Shown here: piece after piece, positions 10,124 to 20,366 of the stretch
Layout: every line of letters begins with the position of its first letter
Numbering within the stretch: the first letter of the stretch is position 1
From: an uncultured delta proteobacterium
GTDB taxonomy: Bacteria; Bdellovibrionota; FAC87; UBA2466
NCBI GenBank assembly: GCA_963778115.1
Contig: CAVZSV010000004.1
Coordinates: forward strand, 1,280,001 to 1,344,000
Direction of reading: 5' to 3'
Length of the DNA stretch: 64,000 bases
Translations under genes and position numbers: made by a program
The notes under the pieces: generated by a model
Seen by the model: the letters and a program-made list of their open reading frames with translations, nothing else
The model's database searches: none
What the model was told of the DNA's origin: nothing

Positions 10124-11107
10124 TTAACGTTTTGGGCGATTGGGTATCGATGAGAACGGATTGGTATTCTGATTCTCTCCCTTGCGGGTAATGGAACGAA
10201 CCCCCGCCCAAAGTACCGTTTCCCCTTCTTGAAGTCCCGAAACTATTTCGACTTTTTTTCCGTCTGAAATCCCAACTTCCACTTCCTTTTGAATGGGCTC
10301 GTCTTTCGGATTTGCCGACGGAATAAGTACGAACGATTTTTTCTTTTCACGTTTTAGTGAAGCCGCAGGGACCAACAGCACACCATCATGTTCTTGGACT
10401 AAGAACGTAACGTTAGCCGTCATGCCGCTTTTCATAAAATCGGGAGTATCTAGTGCTTTTACGTCGACTTCATAAGTCGTCACGTTATTGACCGTCTTGG
10501 CATCAAAACCGATATGGACAACTTCAGACTCTAAAGGCTTATTCGGAAAAGCATCCAAGATCATTCTTGCTTTTTGCCCAACCACCACATCGGCGAGATC
10601 GGTTTCATCTACGTTGGCCTTCACGATGAGTCTATCGGACATTGATAAGATCGCATCGGTTTGCGTTACCGTCTGTCCCGCATCGGCACTCTTTAAGATG
10701 ATAAGTCCACTGCCAGGAGCTAAGATGGGAGTCATCTTATAGGAATCCTCCCAATATTTGACTTCGGCCTTTCCTTTCTGGACCGCGGTATCAATGAGAG
10801 CTGCTCTCTCCGTAGAACTCATCCAAGCAAGGACTTGCCCCCGACGGACCTTTTGCCCCTCTTCCACTAAAATTCTTTCAATGCGGCCAGCAACCGGAGC
10901 TTTGAGATCTAAGCGATTTTCTGGGGCAACGGTCCCCGTGGATAAAATAGTGGTTTTGATATCACCTTTAATGACTTTCACAGGCTCATATTTAATGACG
11001 GCATGTCGAGTATTTTGATACTCGTATCCGCCTGTCAGAGCGGCAATAACCACTATCGGGACTATCCACCAGAGCCACCTTTTCTTGCTGCGTTTCTTTT
11101 CATTCAT
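10124..11107 (-). CDS. MacA-like periplasmic adaptor (membrane fusion protein)
   Basis: N-terminal TM, biotinyl-lipoyl-like segments, GMTANV; ATGA overlap with the TolC stop. Confidence 0.9.
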   Translation of the reverse strand: MNEKKRSKKRWLWWIVPIVVIAALTGGYEYQNTRHAVIKYEPVKVIKGDIKTTILSTGTVAPENRLDLKAPVAGRIERILVEEGQKVRRGQVLAWMSSTERAALIDTAVQKGKAEVKYWEDSYKMTPILAPGSGLIILKSADAGQTVTQTDAILSMSDRLIVKANVDETDLADVVVGQKARMILDAFPNKPLESEVVHIGFDAKTVNNVTTYEVDVKALDTPDFMKSGMTANVTFLVQEHDGVLLVPAASLKREKKKSFVLIPSANPKDEPIQKEVEVGISDGKKVEIVSGLQEGETVLWAGVRSITRKGENQNTNPFSSIPNRPKR

Positions 11108-12399
11108 GGAATAGCTCCCGTCCCAAGAGCAAGTTCCCATGCGGCTTCCGCCTGCATGGCGTTGTTCTCACTGGAAAGTAGGGTCTGATCACGATTGATA
11201 CGATCGGTTTCAATGACGGTCCAGTCTTCAAAGACCATCAACCCTGTATTATATTTTTCGTCGGCAATAATAGATCGCGCATGGGCCGCATCATGAAACT
11301 CTTGCGCCACCCGCCACTGTTGAATGGCATCCTTTAAGTTCGCATAGGCCGTTTCAAGACCAGAGATGAGATTATTGTCCATACTGCTAAGCGCATAATC
11401 CGCCTTCACTCTAAGGGCTCGAGCGCTCTGCGAGCTAAAAATTTGAGAGGTTCCCGGAAAGAAGGGGAAAGAAAGCGTTAGGCCCACCGACCACCGGTTC
11501 GTATCAGGAGGAAAGTTGTCTCCGGTCCTTCCTACAAATCCCGTTAGATTCACATTGGGATACCACCCCTGATCGGCGATTTGAACACCGGCGTCCGCCG
11601 CGACCTGACTGTAATAGGTCTGCAGATGATTTGGATTTCCTCGAGCTAAACTTCGAAAGTCTAAATTAACGGGAAGATCTTTGGCGGTAAGATCCCCTTT
11701 CACTCGCAGTTCTTCTCCTTCTAAACTTCCTAAACTCACCGCCAGCTGTTTGGCGGCGGCTCTCATCTGTCGAATGGAGTGATCAAGTTGGTATTGGGCT
11801 TGAGCCACGGTGGCTGCTTGATACAGCTGGTTTCCTTTATTTTCATTTCCTCCCTCGAACCGCAGCGTGATCAGACGCAAATTATTCTGCTGACGTTTGA
11901 GAATGGCCTTATTGAGTTCCACATCCAGCTGTTCGTAAAGTAATTGAGCAAAGTTTGTCTTAAGAGCGGCACTTACGGTCGCTTTGGAAAGTGCCAGGCC
12001 CGCACGAGCATATTCGAGATTAGCTTTACCCTGCTTCACCTTTCCGACATCCTGAAATCCGTTAAAAATGTTCTGAGTCACGTTAAGGCCTGCCGCATAT
12101 TGGCCCTGGGAAGTCGTACCCGAAATGATACCTCCGGTGGCACTCGTATTTACCGTTCCCACGCTGCTGTCGGTATAGCTTGCGGTCGCTGAGGCTTGGG
12201 GAAAAAATCCGCTATAAGCACCACTGTAGAGGGCTTGCGCGCTATCCATCGCCGCTTTTGCGGTAATGATATCGGGATTTTTTTCGGCAGTCACTTTGAC
12301 ACACTCGTCCCAGGATAAGGGAGCGGAAGCATTTGCCGCTGTGGGAAAAAAAGGAATGAGGGTGAGCAGCCAACCCCAGGCTGCGACGAGTCGAAACAT
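11104..12399 (-). CDS. TolC-family outer membrane efflux protein
   Basis: Signal peptide, duplicated OEP repeats (FFPQAS..., WYPNVNL...), position upstream of macA/macB. Confidence 0.9.
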   Translation of the reverse strand: MFRLVAAWGWLLTLIPFFPTAANASAPLSWDECVKVTAEKNPDIITAKAAMDSAQALYSGAYSGFFPQASATASYTDSSVGTVNTSATGGIISGTTSQGQYAAGLNVTQNIFNGFQDVGKVKQGKANLEYARAGLALSKATVSAALKTNFAQLLYEQLDVELNKAILKRQQNNLRLITLRFEGGNENKGNQLYQAATVAQAQYQLDHSIRQMRAAAKQLAVSLGSLEGEELRVKGDLTAKDLPVNLDFRSLARGNPNHLQTYYSQVAADAGVQIADQGWYPNVNLTGFVGRTGDNFPPDTNRWSVGLTLSFPFFPGTSQIFSSQSARALRVKADYALSSMDNNLISGLETAYANLKDAIQQWRVAQEFHDAAHARSIIADEKYNTGLMVFEDWTVIETDRINRDQTLLSSENNAMQAEAAWELALGTGAIP

Positions 12400-12485
12400 C
12401 GCCCCTATTATAAAACTAGACTGTGCCTAAGCAACAGCTCTCTTAGCAGTCGTATTGACGCTACGCATCATCAGCTTCACCGCTT

Positions 12486-14102
12486 CTATTCGTTTATAGC
12501 CGGAATAGCAGGCTCGGGCACTCCTTCGCTTCCGGTCCTTTCGCTCTGTCCTCCGGCGGCGATTAGATTTGAGCACGCTCGTCCCGTAAGTCTTCCCACT
12601 TTTACCAGTTGGCGATAAGCGAAAGAGAAAATCGATTTTGGAATCGTAATCGGAGACCTTTTCAAAGTCTCCCAACGAGCCCGCATCTCGGGTGCTTTGG
12701 GATGATTCAATTCCTCGGCGAAGTGGACCACGATCGAATGGGCGATGGGAATCGAACCTATGAGAAGAAGCGTTCCTAAGTCTATCGGTTTACTGATCAA
12801 GGGGATCGGAACGTCGTAGCCCCATAAAGTAATCGGACGATTGATAAACGGAAGCGAGATCTGATAGCCCAACCCCACTAAACCAACCAATTTCAAACTA
12901 TAAGGGATCAAATAATACTTCTGCTGCTCCCAAGACATCGTCTTAATTCCCGTATCATATGTCTTTCCGAACAGGGTAATCGCTTTGGTGCCCGCGAAAG
13001 AGGCTTTTCGAAAAGTCTTCATCAACTGAGGAACCCCGTACCAGGCTTTTCGACCTAAATTGTGGAGAAAGGTATTCCAAAAAATATGGGCATGGGTGAG
13101 CAGCGCCTTCGGATCGTCAAAATGGATGATCCACGCGACCCCGTCTTTGTAACCGACCACCGAATAGGCGAACGCATAACTGACCGCCCAAAGCTTAGCC
13201 ATCTGGGAAAGCGAATTCCCTCGATAGATCCAGTTTTGATACATGCTATTCCAAGCCGCAATGCCGTAGCCAAATAGCGCGGAAAACAATATCGGAGCCC
13301 CATCAAATCCATCGGCCGGATTAGTCCAGTACTTTCCCAGAGCAAGGCAACTAGCGGCGGCTACTTGCAGGCCTCCGCAATACAAGCCGAACATGCGATC
13401 GGGTCCCTCTGCTTTTTTGTAGGTGGCGTGCCAGTAATCGGCAATCCACGCTGGAGATCCGGGAAAGTACCGCGGAAGATACTCAGACCTGGTTACCTTT
13501 CCATCTCTAAGCCAAACGATCACTAGATCTCGACCGGGCTTGCCGCCCCATTTCCCCTTGTCACCAGCATCGATATGTTGTCTGGCAATGTACTGGCGTA
13601 AATGGGGAGAATCGGGGTCGATACGGTCTTCGTCTAGAAAGGCAATGGAGACTTTGCTTTCTGTGTCTACGATTCTAGGAAAATAGACGCCATCGATAGA
13701 GTTGAGTTCGCCCTTGCCGTCGGGAAAGGGGACCACCGTTTCGTTTTCGTCAATACGAGTCTCTAAAGCTTTCCACCCGAAGCCATATTCAAACCGTGCC
13801 GCTTTTTCCAACATCACCTTGGCGGAGGTGAGCGCCCGCGGAATGACGTCTCGCAGAACCTCCTGCGAATCGGCAGAGGGCTCGAAAAACTCGTCGGTGA
13901 TGGTGACAAAACGTTCGTGGACTTCCGTCGGTTCCGGCCCGTCTTCTAAATGGGCGCGTTCGAACTCAAACCCTGGTAAGGAATCCACGGGATCGGCATA
14001 GCAATATCCCGCTCCTATGGTGATAAGCCACACTAAGCTCACCAACGATATTGTTATAGATCTCCGTCTCAAATCTAGCTCTACCCCTGAACAAGACTTC
14101 AT
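12486..14102 (-). CDS. hypothetical multi-TM membrane protein
   Basis: 538-aa ORF with signal/TM N-terminus and several hydrophobic segments; family not recognised. Confidence 0.7.
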   Translation of the reverse strand: MKSCSGVELDLRRRSITISLVSLVWLITIGAGYCYADPVDSLPGFEFERAHLEDGPEPTEVHERFVTITDEFFEPSADSQEVLRDVIPRALTSAKVMLEKAARFEYGFGWKALETRIDENETVVPFPDGKGELNSIDGVYFPRIVDTESKVSIAFLDEDRIDPDSPHLRQYIARQHIDAGDKGKWGGKPGRDLVIVWLRDGKVTRSEYLPRYFPGSPAWIADYWHATYKKAEGPDRMFGLYCGGLQVAAASCLALGKYWTNPADGFDGAPILFSALFGYGIAAWNSMYQNWIYRGNSLSQMAKLWAVSYAFAYSVVGYKDGVAWIIHFDDPKALLTHAHIFWNTFLHNLGRKAWYGVPQLMKTFRKASFAGTKAITLFGKTYDTGIKTMSWEQQKYYLIPYSLKLVGLVGLGYQISLPFINRPITLWGYDVPIPLISKPIDLGTLLLIGSIPIAHSIVVHFAEELNHPKAPEMRARWETLKRSPITIPKSIFSFAYRQLVKVGRLTGRACSNLIAAGGQSERTGSEGVPEPAIPAINE

Positions 14103-14233
14103 TCGGCTGGCCCCCCAACCACAAAAATTTTAACTGTCGAACCTGGGTACCATTGGCTCTGTTGTTACGCAATGCAAAATCTTTTCAATTTGGAAGATCT
14201 GACAGTTGACTTTTTTTTCTTGGCCCGACCCGT

Positions 14234-16711
14234 TTGACATCACCGGGAATCGACGATAGCGATCGGACTTTCACAACGGCAAAACCGGTGGTGGGTAGTT
14301 GCATGCAGTGCTTTAGTAGCTACAAGCGGCCCCTCTTCATTACAGGGTCCTTTTGCGTCTTTTTGGGCGTGATGGTTATCATTGGCTACTTTACAGGCAA
14401 TCCGGTATTGGTCCGAATCCTCCCCAACTTCTCCTGCCAGCGATTTAATACGGCTTTGGGATTTGTCGCTCTGGGATTGGGGCTTTTTGCACTTGGGACC
14501 AAGCAAAAGCCGTGGGTAATTCTTCTTAGTTCGGTCCTTCCGCTCGTCTTGGGTACGGGAATCATTGTCGAGTACCTTTTTGGTGTCCGAGTGATCGACT
14601 CCATATTTCTTTTTCACCCTCCTTCGAACTTCGGCTGTGCCCCCGATAGCCTCGCGCCCAATACTGGGGTCTGTTTTCTCATTTGCGGAGTCTCCTTCAT
14701 CGTAATGATCATTTCACGGACAGGACCGCGGCTAATCACCTGGATTCTGGCGCTCATGGGAGCGACAGTGGTGGGCATCGGACTCGTAGTATCCATTGCT
14801 TACTTAGGGAGTCTCGAACCTGGACAGGGCATTCTTAACCTGACCGGAATGGGCCTACAAACGGCAGTGGGATTTATTGCTTTCGGCTCCCTACTTCTTA
14901 TGCTGGCCTATCGAAGGGAAACCTTGGCCCGAGGAAACCCACCTCCTTGGTTTGCCGTTCCGGCAGGTGTAGCCGTAGCCACGACTCTGGGAATTCTTTG
15001 CCAAGCGCTACAACACAATCAGAGCCGTCATATCGAAAGGCTAATCCAGTCGGAACTGGCGGGCGTAAAGAATGAAATTGTAGCTCGCATGGAGGCCAGA
15101 ACTTTTTCTCTTTTGAGATTGGCCCGAAGCCTTCAATCTCGTCCCAATTTAAGCGATACCGAATTCGAGGCCGAAGCACGACTGCTCATGCAGCACTTTC
15201 CCGGCTTTAATTTCATCGAATGGACCGATAAAGACTTCTCACAACAGAGTCGAATTGCGACACCGGCCGCAAACCATCATGACTTTAGCACTCGTATCGA
15301 TCTGCTTTCCGCGGAAAAAGAGATGGTCAGAGCGGCTATCTCTGAACATCGGGAAGTTCTGGTAACGCCGGTGGGAGGAAAAAGCGACACTTTCCTTGAA
15401 GTGGTTTCCTCGCCTGAAAAATCCGCTGGAAAATTCCTTGTCGCCTCCTATCGAAGTGCTACTCTTTTTGCCGACATTCTAAACCACTCGATCTCTCCAG
15501 GCTTCGCGATTGAACTAACAGACCATCACAACAATGTCTTCACTCGCGATTTAGTGAGACAGAAGTTTCGCAATGAGTGGATGGAAAGTACGGAGGTTCA
15601 ATACGACGGAATCAATTGGATGTTATCCATTTGGCCGACGAGCGACACCATGGCAGATCTAAAGTCTCCTATCGTAATGGGTACTTCTATGGCCAGCGTC
15701 GCCATGACTCTTTTGGTAATGGCGACAGTTTTCTTCGGGCAAAAATCGTTAGCAAGGGCCCGACAGGCAGAAGCATTTAGCCAACAACTCATGGAACAGA
15801 TCCGCCAAAGAGAGATCGCCCAAGCAAGCCTGCGCGAAGCCCACGCGGACTTGGAAAACCGCGTAGCAAAAAGGACCATTGATCTTCGCATAGCCAATGA
15901 CAACTTGAAGAAAGAAATGTCGGAGCGGCTAAAGATCGAGAATGAACTCGCTCTGCGCGCCAAGGAACTAGCGCGCTCGAATTCAGAGCTTGAACAATTC
16001 GCCTATGTCGCATCACACGATTTGCAAGAACCGCTTCGCATGATCACCAGTTTCCTCTCCCTGCTTGCTCGTAGGTATATCGGAAAACTGGATCAGTCGG
16101 CTGACGAATATATCAATTTTTCGGTAGAAGGGGCGAAGCGAATGAAGCACCTTATCGATGACCTGCTCTCCTATTCACGGGTGAGCGGCGCCCAGAGAAA
16201 CATGGCGACACTATCTCTTGATTCGGTTGTAAAAGATGTCTTTGCCAACCTTAAGCTCACTATAGAAGAGAGTCAGGCTTCCATTCACTGTGAATCGAAT
16301 CTACCTCGTGTGCGCGGCGATCGACGTCAGTTGATGCAGCTTTTTCAGAATTTAATCGCAAACGCCATTAAGTTTAGGGGGGAGGATCCCCCCGTCGTTC
16401 GGATTTCGGCGTTCGAATTAAATCATGAGTGGCAAATCACCGTTGAAGACAATGGAATCGGTTTTGATATGAGTTACTCCGATCGAATTTTTCTAATTTT
16501 CCAACGCCTGCACTCCCAATCGAAATATTCGGGATCTGGAATTGGACTTGCGATCTGTAAGAGGATTGTCGAAATCCACGGCGGACGCATTTGGGCGTCC
16601 TCTCAACCAAATCGGGGAAGCTCATTTAGTTTTACGTTGCCCAAAGTGGATGAAGAGCATGGGTATCGGGGACAAGAGAAAGACGAGCGGGTTGTGGGTT
16701 TGCCGGCTTAA
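14234..16711 (+). CDS. membrane sensor histidine kinase (Cph1-like kinase core)
   Basis: Multiple N-terminal TMs, periplasmic domain, FAYVASHDLQEPLR H-box, NLIANAIKF, DNGIG, GSGIGL; exact start uncertain. Confidence 0.93.
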   Translation: MTSPGIDDSDRTFTTAKPVVGSCMQCFSSYKRPLFITGSFCVFLGVMVIIGYFTGNPVLVRILPNFSCQRFNTALGFVALGLGLFALGTKQKPWVILLSSVLPLVLGTGIIVEYLFGVRVIDSIFLFHPPSNFGCAPDSLAPNTGVCFLICGVSFIVMIISRTGPRLITWILALMGATVVGIGLVVSIAYLGSLEPGQGILNLTGMGLQTAVGFIAFGSLLLMLAYRRETLARGNPPPWFAVPAGVAVATTLGILCQALQHNQSRHIERLIQSELAGVKNEIVARMEARTFSLLRLARSLQSRPNLSDTEFEAEARLLMQHFPGFNFIEWTDKDFSQQSRIATPAANHHDFSTRIDLLSAEKEMVRAAISEHREVLVTPVGGKSDTFLEVVSSPEKSAGKFLVASYRSATLFADILNHSISPGFAIELTDHHNNVFTRDLVRQKFRNEWMESTEVQYDGINWMLSIWPTSDTMADLKSPIVMGTSMASVAMTLLVMATVFFGQKSLARARQAEAFSQQLMEQIRQREIAQASLREAHADLENRVAKRTIDLRIANDNLKKEMSERLKIENELALRAKELARSNSELEQFAYVASHDLQEPLRMITSFLSLLARRYIGKLDQSADEYINFSVEGAKRMKHLIDDLLSYSRVSGAQRNMATLSLDSVVKDVFANLKLTIEESQASIHCESNLPRVRGDRRQLMQLFQNLIANAIKFRGEDPPVVRISAFELNHEWQITVEDNGIGFDMSYSDRIFLIFQRLHSQSKYSGSGIGLAICKRIVEIHGGRIWASSQPNRGSSFSFTLPKVDEEHGYRGQEKDERVVGLPA

Positions 16712-16856
16712 CCCGTAACATGTCTTGAATTTGGCTTTTAGCTTTTAGCATTTGTCTTCTAGCATTCGCCGGGCCTAATCAATTTGGAAAACTTTCTTCT
16801 TACTTCACCCAAGAAACTCTAAATGTTAAAACCCACAACTAATGTCTTGAAATTCC

Positions 16857-18131
16857 CTATCCTTTAACTATCCCAGGAATTACTGGCGTCCCCGCCGGGA
16901 CTGCCGCAAAACCAGCCGGGCTTCCAAACAACTTCGACACCGTTTGCACTACATTCTCCGGAAAGAAAAAACTTGCCCCCTGCGGTTCCGTAGCGAGCTG
17001 GCCGGTAGTGTAATTGAACGGCCAAGCGATGTGGTTGGGCATTCCCGTTCCGGTCTGCTTACGGGTGATAAGTTTACTCGCTCCCACAACTGTTCCCCCG
17101 TTAATGCCTCGGCCCGCCAGCAAAAAGGAATTGGTAAAGGGGTTATGATCTTTTCCCTTCGCCACGTTAAGTGCCGGAGTCCGACTAAACTCAGTCATCA
17201 CCATGAATGTCGTGGCGTCATATAGGCTCCCCTGCGCGTAGGGCAGACTCTTAAAGAGTTGAATTACCGAAGCCACGTAATCCCAAACTTTGGTCTGAAC
17301 TTTAATATGATTTCCGGGATGATTAATATGAGTATCCAAGGCAAGCGGTCCGCCATCGATGGGGACGTCAATCTGAGCTTGGCAAGCGCCTCCTGAGGCA
17401 AATGCCGCGGCCACTACCTGCTCGGCCGAAACCGCCCCTTGCGCCTGAAATGTGTTGAGCATAGAGATGAATTTCGTCGTGGCATCTTTGCCCCGTAACA
17501 GATCCGCCTGCGCTTTTTCCCAAGCAGTGCCCGCTTCTTCCAACTGCAACTGCATCCTCTGTTGGATGAAATCGATCAAACTTCCCTCTGCATTCGCCTG
17601 CTGGAGATCTTGGGTGGTCGAAAGGCTAACGGCTTTTCCCGCCAAATAGGGCTGTCCGCTAGCGACGACTCCGAAAGGACCCGTTCCCAGAGCGAGGGCT
17701 AGTTCAATAGGGACGGTGGCTGACTTTCCATCACCGGCACCGCTGGCGCTATATAAGTTGTCAACGTCATGGCCAGCATCTCGCCGCATCTGAATTCCAT
17801 TCACGATAAGAACGGAGTCCGCGTGAGCCGCCAAAGAGGATGCCGCGGGTCCTAACTTTAGTCCCTTAACGACTTTGATATCGTCGGGCCGATACTCGAT
17901 ATACATGTCTTGTTCGTCCGCGCCCGAGGGCATCACCCAAGGATCTAGACCCAAAGTACAATCCATACCGCCGAAGGTTCTTAATAAGACGAAGAAATGG
18001 TCCCCAGAGCCCACTTCCGCTTTTGCCGTTCTCGGAAAAAGACAAAGTCCCGGAAAGAGCGAGCTCAATCCACCCAGAGCCAATCCTTGGCCGGTGCGCA
18101 CCAGTAATTGCCGGCGTGTTAATTTCTTCAT
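16857..18131 (-). CDS. Tat-exported DUF1501-family protein
   Basis: Twin-Arg TRRQLL; GGMD, LDTH, TEFSRTP and GKDH motifs. Confidence 0.85.
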   Translation of the reverse strand: MKKLTRRQLLVRTGQGLALGGLSSLFPGLCLFPRTAKAEVGSGDHFFVLLRTFGGMDCTLGLDPWVMPSGADEQDMYIEYRPDDIKVVKGLKLGPAASSLAAHADSVLIVNGIQMRRDAGHDVDNLYSASGAGDGKSATVPIELALALGTGPFGVVASGQPYLAGKAVSLSTTQDLQQANAEGSLIDFIQQRMQLQLEEAGTAWEKAQADLLRGKDATTKFISMLNTFQAQGAVSAEQVVAAAFASGGACQAQIDVPIDGGPLALDTHINHPGNHIKVQTKVWDYVASVIQLFKSLPYAQGSLYDATTFMVMTEFSRTPALNVAKGKDHNPFTNSFLLAGRGINGGTVVGASKLITRKQTGTGMPNHIAWPFNYTTGQLATEPQGASFFFPENVVQTVSKLFGSPAGFAAVPAGTPVIPGIVKG

Positions 18132-18141
18132 ATGGCTTCCT

Positions 18142-18777
18142 CTAGTAAGTTAGAAATTCGTCTTGGGTCGTGACCAAAAGCACTAGTTGTTTTAGCGCGT
18201 CAAAAGTAGTGAGACTCTTATCTTGGGTGGCCGTAAGCATTTTTTTGCACAACTCATCCTGATTCTGGATAATGTTCCGACCGACATAATACTCAAAGAG
18301 GTTGTTTACGATTTGGGTTTGAATGTCAGGACTCAAAGTCATCCACGTCACCGATTTAGGACTGGTAACCACCGCGGCATAGGGCTGGGTAGATAACATC
18401 TGTAAGGCCTTTTTCCCAAAGAAAGGCTCCATCCCACTGGCTTTTGCCAAAGACTGATCAAACTGGGAACCAACCGCCAGCATCACACACTTTATGTACC
18501 ATTTAACGAAAGTAACACTGGGGCCCCGGTACATCGGATCGCCCGTCGCTGGATTCAAGTCCCCGGTGATTCCGCGATTGCTATTACTGAAGGCCATGCA
18601 GTCGGCGTTGTTGCCATACTGGGCATCAGGAAACTTTTGATTGAGAACGCGAAAAAAGTCGTGTCCCGAAAGATACCGAAGATACGAGTCTTTAAAGGTG
18701 ACGTTAGGAGCCCCTAATCCCCATTGGGAAAACATAACCATTAGGACCAATGAGATCTTTGTTTTCACTTCAACCAC
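18142..18777 (-). CDS. secreted hypothetical protein (DUF1501 operon)
   Basis: Signal peptide; overlaps the upstream stop; C-terminus ...LVTTQDEFLTY. Confidence 0.75.
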   Translation of the reverse strand: MVEVKTKISLVLMVMFSQWGLGAPNVTFKDSYLRYLSGHDFFRVLNQKFPDAQYGNNADCMAFSNSNRGITGDLNPATGDPMYRGPSVTFVKWYIKCVMLAVGSQFDQSLAKASGMEPFFGKKALQMLSTQPYAAVVTSPKSVTWMTLSPDIQTQIVNNLFEYYVGRNIIQNQDELCKKMLTATQDKSLTTFDALKQLVLLVTTQDEFLTY

Positions 18778-20366
18778 CCTTGTGTGATTTGGGGATCGAT
18801 CGTAATTTTCCCGGACTCATCTCTAACCCCGGTAGCAATCCATTCCTTAATGAGTGCGAGCTCAGCGTCGGTGGGCTGCCACGCGGAAGTGGGAGGCGGC
18901 ATCACGCGATTTTCCCCACTGCCGGCCAGATCCAAGTCTTTAATGATGGCTTTAATCCACTTGGGATGATCGGTGTCACTTCCGATGGGAAGTTGAACGA
19001 AACTAGGCATGGGATTCTGGTTTGCCGGAGGAGTCACTCCGGAATGGCAGTTCGTACAGCGCTGAAGGGTGTTTTTGACCTGAGTCAGAGTCACATTCTG
19101 CGGACCTTGGTCGGGGTCGCGGTAAAATTCCGGTTGATTCACCAAATAGGCGACATAGTCGTTGGTAAGATGTTTCATGCCGTCAAACTGTTTTACCAGC
19201 TCGGTAAAGCGATCCAGCGTTGGCGGATCGTCGCCTTGAATAAACCAGTTCCAAAAGCGCATGACCTGACACTGGGAATACTCGGGTTGTGCTTGGATGG
19301 CAGCCGCGACCTCTCCGATTCCATTTCCTGCTACGTTAACCAATTGACCATTGGGTCTTCGGTAAACCAATGCTCCGGGCGAAGTATCATCGGAGAGTAC
19401 GGAACCGCTTGTGAGAAACGTTCGTCCCAGGGGATCTAATTTGTAATGGCAAGCCATGCAGTTCGGATCCGACCCATGAGGATCGTCATCGGCGACTCCA
19501 AGATGGACGTTATCGAGACTCGGCTTGGGAAACGCTTGATTGACGAGATCCTGGTCATCTCCGGCGGAAGAGGCCACTACCGCTTTCATGTCATCGCATA
19601 AAAAAGTACGAAAGACGGCGGCTGCCCTACCCCGATTCTTGTTCACGTTGGTGGTGCTATACCGACTAAAAAAGCGTTGTGTCGTGATGGCACCGGCGAT
19701 TCGCGAATCGGTATCGGCAAATACAGCACGATTGGCGGTGATTTGCCCAATCGTAGTAGGCTGCAAAGGGGCCGTAATATCGGGAAGTACCATTTGGAGA
19801 AAACTACGATCGTCACTCGAGGGAAGAACCATTCCTCCCGTAAAGCCCCCCACCACATCAGGAAGTAAATATTGTTTTCTAGTAAGTAAATTATCCCAAC
19901 TCAAATTTTGACTTAGGATTTCGTAATAGAGCAAGTCCTGACTCGTAGGAGAATTCGGAATGCCTGACGGAGTTGAAAGAAGAAATCCCTCGGGAGGGCT
20001 GGGATCGGTCATCATCCGAAACAGAGAGTCCAGACGGTCCATCATCTTCCCGATGTACTCGGGAGTTTTTAGATATTCACCGGTCTTGGTCTGAAAAAAA
20101 TCAGGGAGATGGCCACTTGCCATCGCAGCCTCTAGGGCATCGTATTCGGCGGAGGTGGGGGTTACTCCCTTTAGATGAAGGCTTAATTTTCTAAGCCGAG
20201 CGTAAGGGCTCATTTCCTTTCCACTCTTGGTGAAAGTGGCTGCGCGAACCCCAATCACAGGGAGCGCCAGTTTCATAGAGGGTGCCTTTGCTCCGGTACA
20301 ACCACCTAAACAGGCCAACAGAAGCAGACCGAAAACAGACCTAATTGAATTGGACATTGGCGTCAT
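18765..20366 (-). CDS. lipoprotein with DUF1588/DUF1585-like core and C-terminal cytochrome c domain
   Basis: Lipobox-like Cys; LRKLSLHLKGVTPT, RTFLCDD, CMACHYKLDPLG; second CTNCH with downstream MPP and KEWI. Confidence 0.75.
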   Translation of the reverse strand: MTPMSNSIRSVFGLLLLACLGGCTGAKAPSMKLALPVIGVRAATFTKSGKEMSPYARLRKLSLHLKGVTPTSAEYDALEAAMASGHLPDFFQTKTGEYLKTPEYIGKMMDRLDSLFRMMTDPSPPEGFLLSTPSGIPNSPTSQDLLYYEILSQNLSWDNLLTRKQYLLPDVVGGFTGGMVLPSSDDRSFLQMVLPDITAPLQPTTIGQITANRAVFADTDSRIAGAITTQRFFSRYSTTNVNKNRGRAAAVFRTFLCDDMKAVVASSAGDDQDLVNQAFPKPSLDNVHLGVADDDPHGSDPNCMACHYKLDPLGRTFLTSGSVLSDDTSPGALVYRRPNGQLVNVAGNGIGEVAAAIQAQPEYSQCQVMRFWNWFIQGDDPPTLDRFTELVKQFDGMKHLTNDYVAYLVNQPEFYRDPDQGPQNVTLTQVKNTLQRCTNCHSGVTPPANQNPMPSFVQLPIGSDTDHPKWIKAIIKDLDLAGSGENRVMPPPTSAWQPTDAELALIKEWIATGVRDESGKITIDPQITQGWLK

